In this document: positions 1-13,134 of the stretch, one piece after another | How the letters are laid out: the number at the start of each line of letters is the position of its first letter | How positions within the stretch are numbered: position 1 is the first letter of the stretch | Source: Vicugna vicugna | Lineage: Eukaryota | DNA: 57,961 nt | NCBI GenBank assembly: GCA_013265495.1 | Contig: MU057516.1 | Coordinates: forward strand, 4,914-62,874 | Direction: 5' to 3' | The notes under the pieces: generated by a model | Told to the model about the DNA's origin: nothing | Database searches by the model: none | Seen by the model: only the letters and a program-made list of their open reading frames with translations | Made by a program: the position numbers and the translations under genes

Positions 1-2139
1 TAGCCACCATTCATTCATTCATTCATTCACTCATATTTCTTTTGAACACCACAAAAATGAGGGCAGGTAAGGCAGAGCAACAAGAGTCAGTTGAGACAGA
101 AAAGCTGGTGCCAGCAGATACCTGCTCTGTGACTTGGAGCAATCTCTTAAATTCTCTGAGTACAGCTTCCTGATCTGTAAGATAAGCATTACAGGCCCAA
201 CTTTGAACTACTGTCATTTGTATTAAATGAAATAATAAAAACAGAAGATATTGGTGCATTTCAAAGTGCTCTGTAAACTGAAGGCGCTGTTATTTACGGA
301 TACCATAAAGTAACCATCAGTTGCTTGCCCACTCTATGCTACTGGATGGGTACAGTTTTGAACAAGACACATTCCCTGTCTTGAGCTTTTATCAACATGA
401 GGCAGTAAAGCCACAGGTTTGCCTGGTTTACCCTGTGGAACCTGCTCTGGCTTATCAGACATCAGTTTGCTTCATGCTGGGAAAGAAGTTTCACACTGAG
501 GGAGATCACAAGGTTTGAGTCCAGTCTCTGACCTTGAAATGAGTCACTTGATCATCTACAATTCCCTGAGCCAGAAAAGCAGCACCTGCACAAAACTCTA
601 TTTCCTCGCACCCCAGGTAGACAAGAAATATAACAGACACACATGCACACTCACACGGGGGAAGTAAATTGGATCTCACAGAAAGTGTATACCTCTCCAG
701 ACTCACATCTTGGACATCTCTGTTAAGCTCTTAAGTACAAAGCAGAATCTTTCATGATTCCTTTGCATACTGTTTGTAATATTATATATGACTCTCCCAG
801 CTTGTGCACCTCATTAATTCAGTCTCTATACGTGTAGTGGGAAATTGAAGTCATTGACCAAATAATAAACACCTGAAAATTTGCTACTGAAGGGCCTGGA
901 ATTAGCCAGATAAGCTGGTGACATCAGGCAAAGTGACTAGAAAATAACACGTCTCTCCACCTCACTTTGCTAAAACTATACACCCACAGGTATATATGTG
1001 CATATAATGTTATAGAAGATGACATTATAACAGACATTTTAAATTTAGCATGAAGGCAAGCCTCTCAGAGGTCCCACTGCGCTTGGATGTGAGGAAAAGG
1101 AGTCCAGAGGAAGAAGCATGTGGATTGGAGTGAACTTAATTTCTACCACTGCACACACGCTGTGTTCAAGGCCTAACTCCCTGATGCCACTCTAAATATT
1201 TCTCTAGAAAATCAGAAAACCAGGGTTTAAAAAAAAAAACTATTTGCACGAAGAAAATTTAAAAATATATAATTTTTTCCTCTTCTGCTTCCCCAAGGTG
1301 AAATCAAGTTCAAAGATATTACTTTTCCTAAGGAGAAAATAAAAAGAGGAAGAAAATAATAGATACTAAACTTTTTCTCCAGAGACTTTGCAGCAGGAGA
1401 AGATAATTAGGCTCCATCTCTAATAAGATATGAAAACAAATTACGAGAAATTATCTGACACCAAGGCACATGCAGCTGCAGGGCGGCCACCACTCTGAGC
1501 CTATATTTTTGAGAGGAGAGGGTTCAGTCATTGGTTTCCATCTGTAGTGGAGCAAACCACAGGGAGATTGTAACGAGGTTGGACGGACATCAGAAGTCTA
1601 ATTAAATGTGAAAGGTCGACCTAGGGAGCAGAAGAGTGGCCTTTGTTTCCTAAAGGCTTTTCATTTTATTTAATTCTTACACCAAATGATACCTCAATGA
1701 GGTAAGTCTCCCTGTTAAGGTTAAATGAATAAATATGTGCTTACAGTCTAGTATTTGGGTCATTAACATGGGGAGATAATGCCCATGATAAATACATAGC
1801 CCAAGACAAAAAGAGCTAAAACCAGCTGAGCCTCTTCTATGCATCTCTCCTTGGGTACACTCATTCATTTGAAAACTGTCTCAGACCTGAGGTGCATCTC
1901 TGGGTCCTTGAGATTCAGCTGTGATAGAAGCAGGCCATGCCCTCTTCCCCTGGTGTTTATAATGAAGGAGACACAAAATGTCAAATATACAAGGAAGTTA
2001 TAAAAACTTAGAGAAAGTTCAGCTAATGATAAGAAGTTATAAGGAAAACAAATCAAGAAATAGGCTTGATATGTTATAAAGGGATCTTTCTTCAATTTCT
2101 GACCCTTCCTCTATGGGCTGGCTCTAAACTGGAGGAGTG

Positions 2140-2800
2140 GTGCACAACACAGTGATTCGATACTTCTGTACATTTTGAAATGATCACCATGGTACGTCTA
2201 CTTACCTTCTGTCACCACCCAAAGAATCACATTATTATTGACTCTATTCCCCACACTGTGCAAGTCATGTCACAGCTCATTTGTTTTGTAACTGGAAGTC
2301 TGTACCTCAGTCTCCTTCACCTATTTCCCTCCTCCCCTCACCCTCCTCCCCTTGGGCAATGGCCTGTGTCTTGTATCCATGACTCTGTTTCTGTTTAGTT
2401 AAGTTTGTTCATTTGTTTTGTTCTTTAGGTTCCACACATAAGTAAAATCATACAATATTTGTCCTTCCCTGTCTGACTTACTTCACTTCACACAGCATCC
2501 TCTAGGTCCACCCATGTTGTAGCAAATGGCAAGATTTCATTCCTTTCTATGGCTGAGTAATATTCCACTATATATATATTATGTATATATATACATATAT
2601 ATACATAATCCATTCATCTATCTATTGGTGGGCAGGTAGGTTGCTTCTATATCTTGGCTATTGTAAGTTGGCATGCATGTATCTTTTTTGAATTAGTGTT
2701 TTTGTTTTCTTTGGATATATACCTAGAAGTAGAATTGCTGGTTCACGTGGTAGTTCTAATTTTTATTTTTTGAGGAACCTTCATACTATTTTCCATAGAG
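2140..2800 (-). mobile_element. L1 3' end/3'UTR fragment (L1MA9-like, Laurasiatherian type)
   Basis: Typical antisense L1 3' text: ...TTCCACACATAAGTAAAATCATACAATATTTGTC..., GCAAATGGCAAGATTTCATTCCTTTCTATGGCTGAGTAATATTCC, TTTTTGAGGAACCTTCATACTATTTTCCATAG. Subfamily assigned from memory. Confidence 0.85.
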
Positions 2801-5800
2801 GTCAAATATTGAAGAAAGGTTCCTTTATAAAATACCTAAATTCTCTGCCCAAACTGAAGGGGGAAGATGAAGGGTCATTAGGACATGGTTTAACAATAAA
2901 CTGGCATCCAATAAAATGAGTCATAGCAGGATGATACTGTGCCAAAAACAGACAGAGCTTCTCCTATGAAACCAGCTGCAACCACAGCCAAACTCTACTC
3001 CAGCCACTTTCCAGCTGTGTGGCCCTGAGCAGGTTCCCATATATTCTGAATCTCACCTGCAAAATGAGGCAAAAGGTCAAGTTACGACTGCTTGAGAAAT
3101 TGCAACGAACATTTTGGAAGCTAGTAGTTATGCAGTAAAAAGTAAAAACAGCTGCAAGAATCAGAAAATCACCTGCCGTGCTGAACGTACAGGCATGAGA
3201 CTGCCTCTTGCGGCAGCAAACACTTCTTAGAAAACTGGGATTTGGGTCTTTCTCTTGTCACTTGAAGAGCTTGTTAGAACTTCAGAAAGCACCTTTAGCC
3301 CTTCATGAGAATTTTTTTTTTAGCAGACGCTGCAATTATCATCAGCTCTAATGATGATGCAAATGATACAAGAGTGTAAATAGCACATCCAAAAAAAAAA
3401 AAGGCCACCTGGAATTAAAGACCTAAGGACATTTCTAATTAGGGTGAGAAAGAACAATCAGGGACAATGCTGAAGTGAGTCGCAAGGCCTGGCACTGTTA
3501 AGATGAGACGGGAGCTGGGGGGTTATTGTAAGGGGGCCTTGCACCCACCCACCTTGCCCCTCTGTCACAGAGAACCTATGACAGAGCAGACAGTGAACAT
3601 CTCTGGGTCTTAGTTATCCACTGAGCCATTCACTCGCTGTGTAATCAAACACTGAGCACTAGTCGGTGCCTGGTTGAAAACTGCCTAAGTGAAAAAAGGC
3701 ATGATCCCTGCCTTCAAACAACTGATGGTCTAGTGGAGGAAAGAGACAACAATGGTGACAACAACACAAACATGATGCAACAAGAGTGTCAATCACACCG
3801 TGCCCGAGGGACAGTGGGAACACAAAGGAGTTTCAGCTTTATCAAGGTGCAGCATGGAAAAATCAGAGTGCTGCTTAAAAAACTGAGTTTTGAAGAATGA
3901 ACAGGAGCCACCTCAAAAGACAAGGTGGTGTGTACAAGCGAAGGCAGAGTCCTCTCTGTGATGCCACACGCAGTCTGGTGCAGGAGTGTGGGACATGCAG
4001 AAGGGGAGGAGATGGTAAACCATGGTGAGCAGCAATCACACACTCTCCCTTTCCTGTGTCTCATTTAAGAATGCCTAGTAGGATGTTTGGCACATGTGTG
4101 CTCAGGTTTATTATGAAACCTCATGTTATTTGTAGACTTAATCTCCATAAATGATGGAGTAGAATGAAGTGCACTTTGTCTATGGTCAGGGAAGAAGACT
4201 GAAAACTTCTAAGAGCAAGGAAATCAAACATGGCTTCTTTTTATCTAAGAGCTGGAAGGAACTTCAGATACTATCCAATGCAGTGATTCTTAACTAAGCT
4301 GTGAAAAATTCTGTTTTCATTCAAATGCTTATAAATATATGTATATATATGGATGACCACCTTATTATCTAGTTCTACCATACAATTGTGGTACTCAAGT
4401 ATTGTGCTTGTGGTTTTGAACACCTTGACTCCAAATGATTAGGCAAAGTGATAACTTCTGACTTCTAATTCATACTCTTTGGGATCCCAGAGGCCTTGAG
4501 TTTTAGAACAACTCAACTTTAATGCCATCTCTCAGTGGGACATGAGGATTACCCAGAAGAGGGAAATGGCTTTGTAATGCATCCAGCTAGTCAGAAATGG
4601 GGACTAGAATCCCAGACACCTGGATCAATGGTTGCTTTATCACAGTTTAGCCACCATCCCTCTGAATAGGCAGCCACCGGTCCCATGACTTTCAGGATCT
4701 CTAAGCCCAGACCCAAGTTCATAATTCACAGTGACATAGTTTACCTTCATGGTCAGAGTTTCAGCTTCCTGTTTACCTCGAACTAAGTCTGGGCCCTGTC
4801 TCTCTGAAAAGCAAGCAAAAAGGGTCAGGATAAATGACTCCAACCTGGGAGTTTAGTTTCTTAAAAATCCACATTCTCTGACCTTGTCATATTACAGATT
4901 CGTGACCACACATAGTGGAGGGATTTGTCTTACATTCTGATGAGATGGTATCATGAAACCTCTGACCTGAAAGTTAAGTGTTAGTTTTTTGTTCATTGAA
5001 GGGAGGTGGCAACTGCTTTCCTACTAGGAAAATTTAAAAGCAGAGCAGGCAGTTTGTGCTATGCTTTACATACATTTGATAAACAGTGAAAGGAAAATTA
5101 ATGCTACCTAAAACACACATTTAATGCAATAAAAAGTCTAATTAGAACTAGGAGATGGGTGAATCACAGGGTAAGGGAATCCATGAAATGCTAAAAAAGT
5201 CACCTAGGGAATTTTTGGAAAATGCAGAATCTAGAACCCCAACTCAGACTAACTGAATCATAATTTCCACAGGCTGATACCCAGAACACAATGTTTACAA
5301 AAGCTCTCCAGATAACTCATGATTATCTAATCCACCCAAATGAACTTCTGCAATATTTTTCAAAGCAAAAGCTTCTAAGTTAAATGACGGAGTCAGCTAT
5401 GGCAATCAATTATAATCCTACATGAGATATAAGAAATTCCAGAATCAAGGTAATTGGGACCTATTGTCCCTTCCCTGCCTTGAGGTGTTCCATCTTCTCA
5501 GGACCCTGCTTATTTATTCATTGAACAAATAATTATTAAATGCCCACTCTGCTAGACATGAAGACATAATAGTGAACACAATATAAATGGCCATTTTCTC
5601 ATAGAATCTGTTGATCTCAGTCACTGGGGTACTACTAGAAGAGTTCCATACAGGAAATCTTCCTGAATTTATAAACTTGACTCTTTTTTCCAGGTATTTC
5701 CTTACTTTTCCCACTGGCTACAGACAAGCCTTTGGGCTTCCCAGTCCAAATGGTGGAAAGCTACCACTGTCAACAGCTCTTAAATTTTCATGTCCTCTGT

Positions 5801-6883
5801 TCAAGATAATAGCCAATTCCAAAAGAAGTTCACTGGCTCATCTAGGGCTCAGTAGCTCTCCTGAATCAGCCACTGTGCTTAGAGGTGAGGGATCACATTA
5901 CAGAGACACAGTTGCTCCAGTGGGACTACATCATCAGAGGTTGGGGCCATCCCATTAGAAAGAGATGATGGACAGATAACTTGACACACTTTCACAACGC
6001 TTCTCTGAGGGCAATGCATGCACTTGAGCTCATGAGTGCTGGGCCATTCATTTGGGCTGCTTACTGTTTGAATTCTGGCTCTGTTCAGATAATTAAGTTA
6101 TTATAGTCATTCTTTCATTACCCACTCATAAAACATTTATTAGGCATTGGCATGGTCCTGGTCCCGAGGATAAGATGATGAAAGAAGCACAGTGTTGTTC
6201 CTCTTGAAGCTCACAGTTTACTAAAGGGAGGCAAACATTTAGACCAATAATAACAACTTAGTGTGATAGCAAAATGTACCAAGTCCCAAGAAAACACAAA
6301 AAAGTTAGAGAAGTCATCACATATTTCTTTAAATGGGTCTTAATGCATACCCAGGAATTTTCCAGGCTAAGTTAAGTGAGGAGGCTCTCAAACAAATCAT
6401 ATGACAAAAACAAAGGTAAGATCTGCACAGGAGAAGGAAGCTTCACGGTAGCGCAGTGAAGTGTAGCTATGGCTAGAAGATTTGTCATGGTATAAGTGAC
6501 TTCCCAGCCCTACTACTTATGAGCTGTGCAAATACGGGCAAGTTATGAAAGTGCTCAGAACTTGTCTCATAGGATTGCTGTGAGGACTAACTTTTCTAAT
6601 GCATGCGAAGTGTCTGGAAGACGGCTGGCACATCTTGGGTAATTAATAAATGTTTTATTATTGTTACCATTATTATCATCATTATTTCAAACAAATGTGC
6701 TGCTCCTGGGTGTGTTTATTTTACTTGTCAGAGGAGAGCCCGTTTTGTTTACTGGCATTTCTGCAGAATACTCCCATCCTGAGGTTCTAAGTCTACTTTA
6801 TTTTATAAAAGACTTTCATTGTCTATTCTGTCATTCCACTAGACTTCAACCTCACTCTTTCAGAATAAGGTTCCAAACCAAAG

Positions 6884-7822
6884 NNNNNNNNNNNNNNNNN
6901 NNNNNNNNNNNNNNNNNNNNNNNNNNNNNNNNNNNNNNNNNNNNNNNNNNNNNNNNNNNNNNNNNNNNNNNNNNNNNNNNNNNNNNNNNNNNNNNNNNNN
7001 NNNNNNNNNNNNNNNNNNNNNNNNNNNNNNNNNNNNNNNNNNNNNNNNNNNNNNNNNNNNNNNNNNNNNNNNNNNNNNNNNNNNNNNNNNNNNNNNNNNN
7101 NNNNNNNNNNNNNNNNNNNNNNNNNNNNNNNNNNNNNNNNNNNNNNNNNNNNNNNNNNNNNNNNNNNNNNNNNNNNNNNNNNNNNNNNNNNNNNNNNNNN
7201 NNNNNNNNNNNNNNNNNNNNNNNNNNNNNNNNNNNNNNNNNNNNNNNNNNNNNNNNNNNNNNNNNNNNNNNNNNNNNNNNNNNNNNNNNNNNNNNNNNNN
7301 NNNNNNNNNNNNNNNNNNNNNNNNNNNNNNNNNNNNNNNNNNNNNNNNNNNNNNNNNNNNNNNNNNNNNNNNNNNNNNNNNNNNNNNNNNNNNNNNNNNN
7401 NNNNNNNNNNNNNNNNNNNNNNNNNNNNNNNNNNNNNNNNNNNNNNNNNNNNNNNNNNNNNNNNNNNNNNNNNNNNNNNNNNNNNNNNNNNNNNNNNNNN
7501 NNNNNNNNNNNNNNNNNNNNNNNNNNNNNNNNNNNNNNNNNNNNNNNNNNNNNNNNNNNNNNNNNNNNNNNNNNNNNNNNNNNNNNNNNNNNNNNNNNNN
7601 NNNNNNNNNNNNNNNNNNNNNNNNNNNNNNNNNNNNNNNNNNNNNNNNNNNNNNNNNNNNNNNNNNNNNNNNNNNNNNNNNNNNNNNNNNNNNNNNNNNN
7701 NNNNNNNNNNNNNNNNNNNNNNNNNNNNNNNNNNNNNNNNNNNNNNNNNNNNNNNNNNNNNNNNNNNNNNNNNNNNNNNNNNNNNNNNNNNNNNNNNNNN
7801 NNNNNNNNNNNNNNNNNNNNNN
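6884..7822. other. Assembly gap (N run)
   Basis: Continuous n characters. Confidence 1.
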
Positions 7823-8040
7823 TACCCTAAATAAAATCCAAATCCCATCAAGGTAGCATGATCTTGTGTCTGTTACCTCTTTTACTCTCTGACTCTCTGA
7901 CCACTATCTGACCCTCATTCAAAGAATCTAGGCACATTAGCCTTCATTTTCAGTTCCTCTACAATGCATTCTATTATATCCAGTGGCTCTGCCCTCAGAA
8001 GAAGATTTTTCATTTAAAGAATAATGAAAAAGTTATATAA

Positions 8041-10543
8041 GAGATCAGAACAAGATGGCCAAGTAAGAAGATCCTGGCCTCACCTCCTCCCACGGACACA
8101 ACTACACATAGAGAAACTACCCTGAGAATGACTTGAAGACTAGCAGAAAAGGTTTTCCACAACTAAAGATAAAAAGAAAAAGCCACACTGAGATGGGTAG
8201 GAGGGGTAGAGATGCAGTCTGGCTGGGACCCACAGTTCTGTTGCTGTGACCCACAGGCAGGAGGGATGTCAGGGCCTCAGAGTTCCTCTGTGGGGAGCAA
8301 GGGTGCCAAACCTCACACCGGGCACTCCAGCCTGGGAAACCTGCACCAGGAAGATAGCCTTCATAATGTCTGGCTTTGAAATCCAATGGGGCTTACATCT
8401 GGGGAAAATGGAGGACTGAAGGAAACTGAGAATCTGCTTTTAAAGGGTGCACGTAAAAACTCACTCACTTCAAGTCCCAGTGCAGAGGCAGCAGTTTGAA
8501 AAGCAAGTGGGTCATATGTAAAAAAACTAATTTTAGCACATGTGCCTGAAAAGCAGAGATCTGTTGGTACTTCCTCTGTGTACAGAGTAACTGCCAGGCA
8601 CAAGTTTGGGTTTTGGTTGTTCATTTTTGGCTCATCTTCTACCTAACTGTCCTTGTGCTGGCAGCACCATTTCTCACTCTTCCCATCTAACTTACTAGCA
8701 CTGCTTGCCCCACCCTGGGTTCACCGAAGGACCCAAACCAGATGGCACCCATACAAAGGAACCCTCCCACCCCACAAAGCTTGGTGGGCACCCTCAGCTG
8801 ACACAGGAGCCCCTCCAAAGCAGCCCCTTCTGTCCCACCAGTCCTAGTGGATGCCCTCAGCCAGCACTGGAACCCCTCTAAAGCAGGCTCCTGAGCCCCA
8901 CCAGTGCTGGCAGGCACTCTTGACTGGCACCAGTAAACCCCTAAAGTGGCACTTGCCTTGGGGACTGGCCACACACACAAAAATAATCAATAGAGTTGCT
9001 GCCAGGCCCTACAGTCATTCACACAGGGGGGCCAGTCACACACACCAGCATGTCTATAGCTCCAACCAAAAGACACAGTGGAGCTGAATGGATAAAAAAC
9101 AAGACCCATGTATATGTTACTTCCAAGAGAATCATTTTAGATGTAAAGATACACATAGACTGAAACTGAGGGGATGGGGAAAGACATTACATGCAAATCC
9201 AAATGAAATCCGGGTAGCACTACTTATACCAGACAAACACATTTAAAATAAAGGCTGTAGCAGGAGACAATGAAGAGCATTACATAATGAAAAGGGGATC
9301 AATCCAACAAAAATTACAACACTTGTAATTATGTATGCACCCAACATTGGAGGAACTAAACACACAAAGCAAACATTAACAGACATAAAGGGAGAAACTG
9401 ACATTAATACAGTGATAATAGGGGATTTTAACACCCCACTTACATCAATGAACAGATCATGCAGACAGGAAATCAATTTAAAAAAAATCACTGGTCTTAA
9501 AGAACACATTTTATCAGATGGAATATATAGATATAGATATAGATATAGATACAGATATAGATATATAAAGATATAGCTATATATATAAAAAGACCATTAC
9601 ATCCAAAAACAGTATAATACATGTACTTTTCAAGTACGTATGGAACATTCTCCAGGATAGATCACATGTTAGGCCACAAAATAAGCTTCAGTGAATTTAA
9701 GAAAACTGAACTCATATCAAGCATCTTTTCTGACCACAATCCAATAAGACTAGAAATCAACAACAAGGGAAAAATAACTGCAAAAAACACAAACACATGG
9801 AGGCTAAACAATATGCTACTAGGCAACCAATCACTAAAGAAATCAAAGAAGAGCTCAAAAAATACCTTGAGACAAATAAAAATGGAAACAAAAAGTTCCA
9901 AAATCTATGGCTGCAGCAGAGGCAGTTCCAAAAGGAAAGTTTATAGCAACACAAGCCTACCTAAGGGAACAGGAAAAATCTTAAATGAACAACCTAACCT
10001 TTCACCTGAAGAGTGAACAAAACCAAAATTAGTAGAAGGAAGGAAATATTAAAGATCAGAGTGGAAATAAATGAAACAGACATTTAAAAATTAGACAAGA
10101 TCAAGGAAACTAATGGCTGGATATTTGAAAAATAAGCAAAATTGACAAACCTTTAGCAAGACTCATCAAGGAAAGAAAAAAAATAAAGAAAAAAAAAATA
10201 GAGAGAGAGAGGAGCCAAACAAATAAAATCAGAAAAGAAAGAGGAAAAGTTACAACTGACACCACAGAAATATAAAGGATCAGAAGAGATTACTACAAAT
10301 AATTTTACAATGAAAAGTGGATGACCTAGAAGAAACTGGTAAGTTCCTAGAAACATACAATCTCCCAAGAGTGAATCAGGAAGAAACAGAAAATCTGAAC
10401 AGACTGATTACCAGTAATTAAATTGAGTTAGTAATCAAAAAACTCCCCAAAAACAAAAGTACAGGACCAGATGACGTCACAGATAAATTCAAACATTTAA
10501 AGAAGAGTTAATACCTATCTTTAAAATATTCAAAAAAATTGAA
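8041..10543 (+). mobile_element. L1 with 5'UTR joined directly to the ORF2 endonuclease region; ORF1 and the 3' half are absent
   Basis: Starts with L1 5' signature CAAGATGGCC. From ~9060 it encodes decayed ORF2 EN (EWIKKQDP..; MYAPNIGGTK..IIGDFNTPLTSMNRS; TFSRIDHMLGHK..SSIFSDHNPIRLEIN; NTWRLNNML). Homology stops abruptly near 10543 with no poly(A). Confidence 0.92.
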
Positions 10544-11413
10544 CCAACTGACACCACTGTACTAGATGATGAAGAGCAGAGACCACACCTTATTACATGA
10601 GAATAAGAACATATGGATTCTCCCAGAAATGACAACTAGCAACTGGCAGGCAGTTGGGCCCTTGATAAATCTTGTTGAATGAAGCATGGATCTCCAAAGC
10701 ATGGATCTCCACTGTGTTGTGGACATGAGGGGAAATGCACCTAGTCCCTGCCCTTGGGAGACAGATCATCTTGTGAGGGAGATGGCCATTCAAAGATCTA
10801 AACATATTACAGATAGAAAGGAAAGAAACAAGCATGTGCAGTGGGAGCAGAAAGAGGAATTTAACTCTAACAACTGGGGAAGGTTTTATCGAAAATTAAC
10901 ATCAATGTTAATTCCAAGATTTTATACATTCCTTTCTTTTTCTTGAAAAGCCAACTTGCTCTATTCCTTGAAAATTGACTTTTGGAAATAAGAAAGGAGA
11001 CAAATATTTGTTTGGTTGCTTAGCATAAGCAGGAATTTCACATGTATTTCAGTTGTACAACAGCCCAGTGAGGAAGGGATTATAATCCTTATCAGATGAA
11101 GAACTGGGGTTCAGAGCTATTGAGTAACTTGCCAGCAGTCATGCAACTCTTAAGTGGTGAAGAACGTTTTAGAACCCAAATCTACTTGACTTCAAAGGCA
11201 TCCTCTCTCCACTCCACACTGGAAGATGTTGACAGTGGCAAGAAGAGCATCCTAAGTTGAGAGAAGCACCATCCCAAAGTCACAGAGGTGGGAAAGAACT
11301 CTGCATGTGTGGGAAATGGAACATCAACTGGCCTTGAGGTCAGACGAGGTCACCCACTGTTCCCTCAAATAGGCTCCTGAATCTACCTGCAGGTTTATTT
11401 ATTAATTTCTTCT

Positions 11414-11664
11414 ACATTTTTTGGTCATTTTTTAAACTGAAGTATAGTCAGTTACAATGTGTCAATTTCTGGATAGATCAGCACAATGCCCCAGTCGTGT
11501 ATGTATGTGTATATATACACACACACACATATTCATTTTCATATTCTTTTCCATTAAACATTATTACAAGATATTGAATATAGTTCCCTGTGCTATACCA
11601 AAGAAATTTGTTTTTTTTTTAATCTATATAGTGGTTAATATTTGGGAGCTTAAGATCTGCAAAG
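11414..11664 (-). mobile_element. Short 5'-truncated L1 3' tail with a small 5' inversion and 13-bp TSD
   Basis: Antisense tail TTTAAACTGAAGTATAGTCAGTTACAATG...GATATTGAATATAGTTCCCTGTGCTATA. ATTAATTTCTTCT is duplicated at 11401-11413 and 11665-11677. Confidence 0.8.
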
Positions 11665-11718
11665 ATTAATTTCTTCTTGACTTGCTAACTTTTCTAACAA
11701 CAACTCTGTCTCTTCCAG

Positions 11719-11820
11719 GCCCAGAGTTCACTTCTGCAGCATGACTTGGGACACCTTTCCATATTCAAGAAGTCCAAGTGGAATCGCCTGCTGCACAGAT
11801 TTTTGATGTATCATCTCAAG
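11719..11820 (+). pseudogene. FADS2B: Isolated coding exon (exon-4 equivalent) of a FADS2B/FADS2-like front-end fatty acid desaturase
   Basis: Pyrimidine tract + CAG acceptor (11716-11718), then 102 nt phase-0 open frame [34 protein letters not shown], then GT donor at 11821. Contains the first His box (HDxGH). Exon length and phase match FADS-family exon 4; HDLGH/KKSKWN and the position beside OR5AK genes favour the FADS2B paralog. Pseudogene status is inferred from the missing other exons. Confidence 0.88.
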
Positions 11821-12347
11821 GTACAGAATGTAACAGGGGGTATGATGGGATTCTGGAAAGTCATGTCATTATGCAGTGATTTCCAAGTGTGTCTGATTGT
11901 GTAAAATAATTTTTGTTCACACCCCACAAACAAGTGTAAATATACTAACAATATAGATACTAGTTATATACACTAATATGTAATATAACATATTATATAT
12001 ATGCTAAAATTAGAATTTTAAATTTTTAAGAGGAAAGGGTTTATTTTTATTTAAGAAGCTCTAATGTTTTTTTCTTACCCAATAAACTATTTGAGGCAAT
12101 CCCTGGTACCCCATTAAGGAATCATGTCTCAGGAGATGTACCCTGTAAATTCGTGAGTAGGAATATTCTTAAAAGGGCTCTGGACATTTATTGCTGGGAA
12201 ACTCGGGGAATCCAGCAGGCCTGATTAATCCTAGAAGTGTGGCGCTATGATGAAATAAAGGAAAGGAGGCAGAAGAATAAGTAAAAGTTAGGAGGAAGAG
12301 AAAGAGTGGGCAAGGAAAGTCAAAGAGCTGTTTAAGAGCTGAGAGTT

Positions 12348-12620
12348 CCTATACTGTTGGTGGGAAAGTAGTTTTGTACAGCCATCATAGAAAACAGTAT
12401 GGAGGTTCCTTAAAAAATTGAAAATAGACTTATCCTATGATCTAGCAATCCAACTCCCATGTATATATCTGGAGAAAAAAGAAACAGGCACCCCAGTGTT
12501 CACAGCTGTATTGCTTACAATAGTCAAGACATAGAAGCAACCTAAGTGTCCATCATGACTGGATAAAGAAGTTGTGAGATACATATATATATATGTATAT
12601 ATATATATACACACACAAAT

Positions 12621-12654
<34 letters not shown>

Positions 12655-13110
12655 ATACTACACAGCCATGAAAACAAATGAAATAATGCCATTTGCAGCA
12701 ACATGGATGGACCTAGAAATCATCATACTAAGTTAAGTAAGTGAGAAAGAGAAAGATAAATACCATATGATGTCACTTATATGTGGAATCTCAAAAAAAA
12801 AAAAAAAAAAAAGAAGGGATACAAATGAACTTATAACAGAAACAGACTCATAGACATAGAAAACAAGCTATGGTTACTGAGGGTGGGGGGGATAAATTGG
12901 GAGTTTGGGATTTGCAGATACTAACTACTACATATAAAATAGATAAACAATAAGGTCTTACTGTATAGCAAGGGAACTATATTCAATACCTTGTAGTAGC
13001 CTATAATGATAAAGAATATGAAAATGAATATGGTAACTGAATCACTCTGCTGTACACTAGAAATTAACACATGTAATTCAACTATACTTCAATAAAAATA
13101 GTAAAAAGAA
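12348..13110 (+). mobile_element. 5'-truncated young L1 (ORF2 C-terminus + 3'UTR + A-rich tail)
   Basis: ACTGTTGGTGGGAA..GAAAACAGTATGGAGGTTCCTTAAAAAA..GCAACATGGATGGACCTAGAAAT..TGGGAGTTTGGGATTTGCAGATACTAACTAC..ACTATACTTCAATAAAAA. Same family as 49140-51123. Confidence 0.92.
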
Positions 13111-13134
13111 ATTAAAGTTAAAATTAACAATAAA

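Noticed and set aside
5740..5785. TGGTGG-containing stretch tested as the FADS exon-5 WWN motif
   Set aside because: Reads KWWKATTVNSS* with no HxxHH box, and lies upstream of exon 4.
6661..7851. Long ORFs containing X runs (also at 13575-14270, 28348-29484, 56093-56398)
   Set aside because: Artefacts of translating through N gaps.
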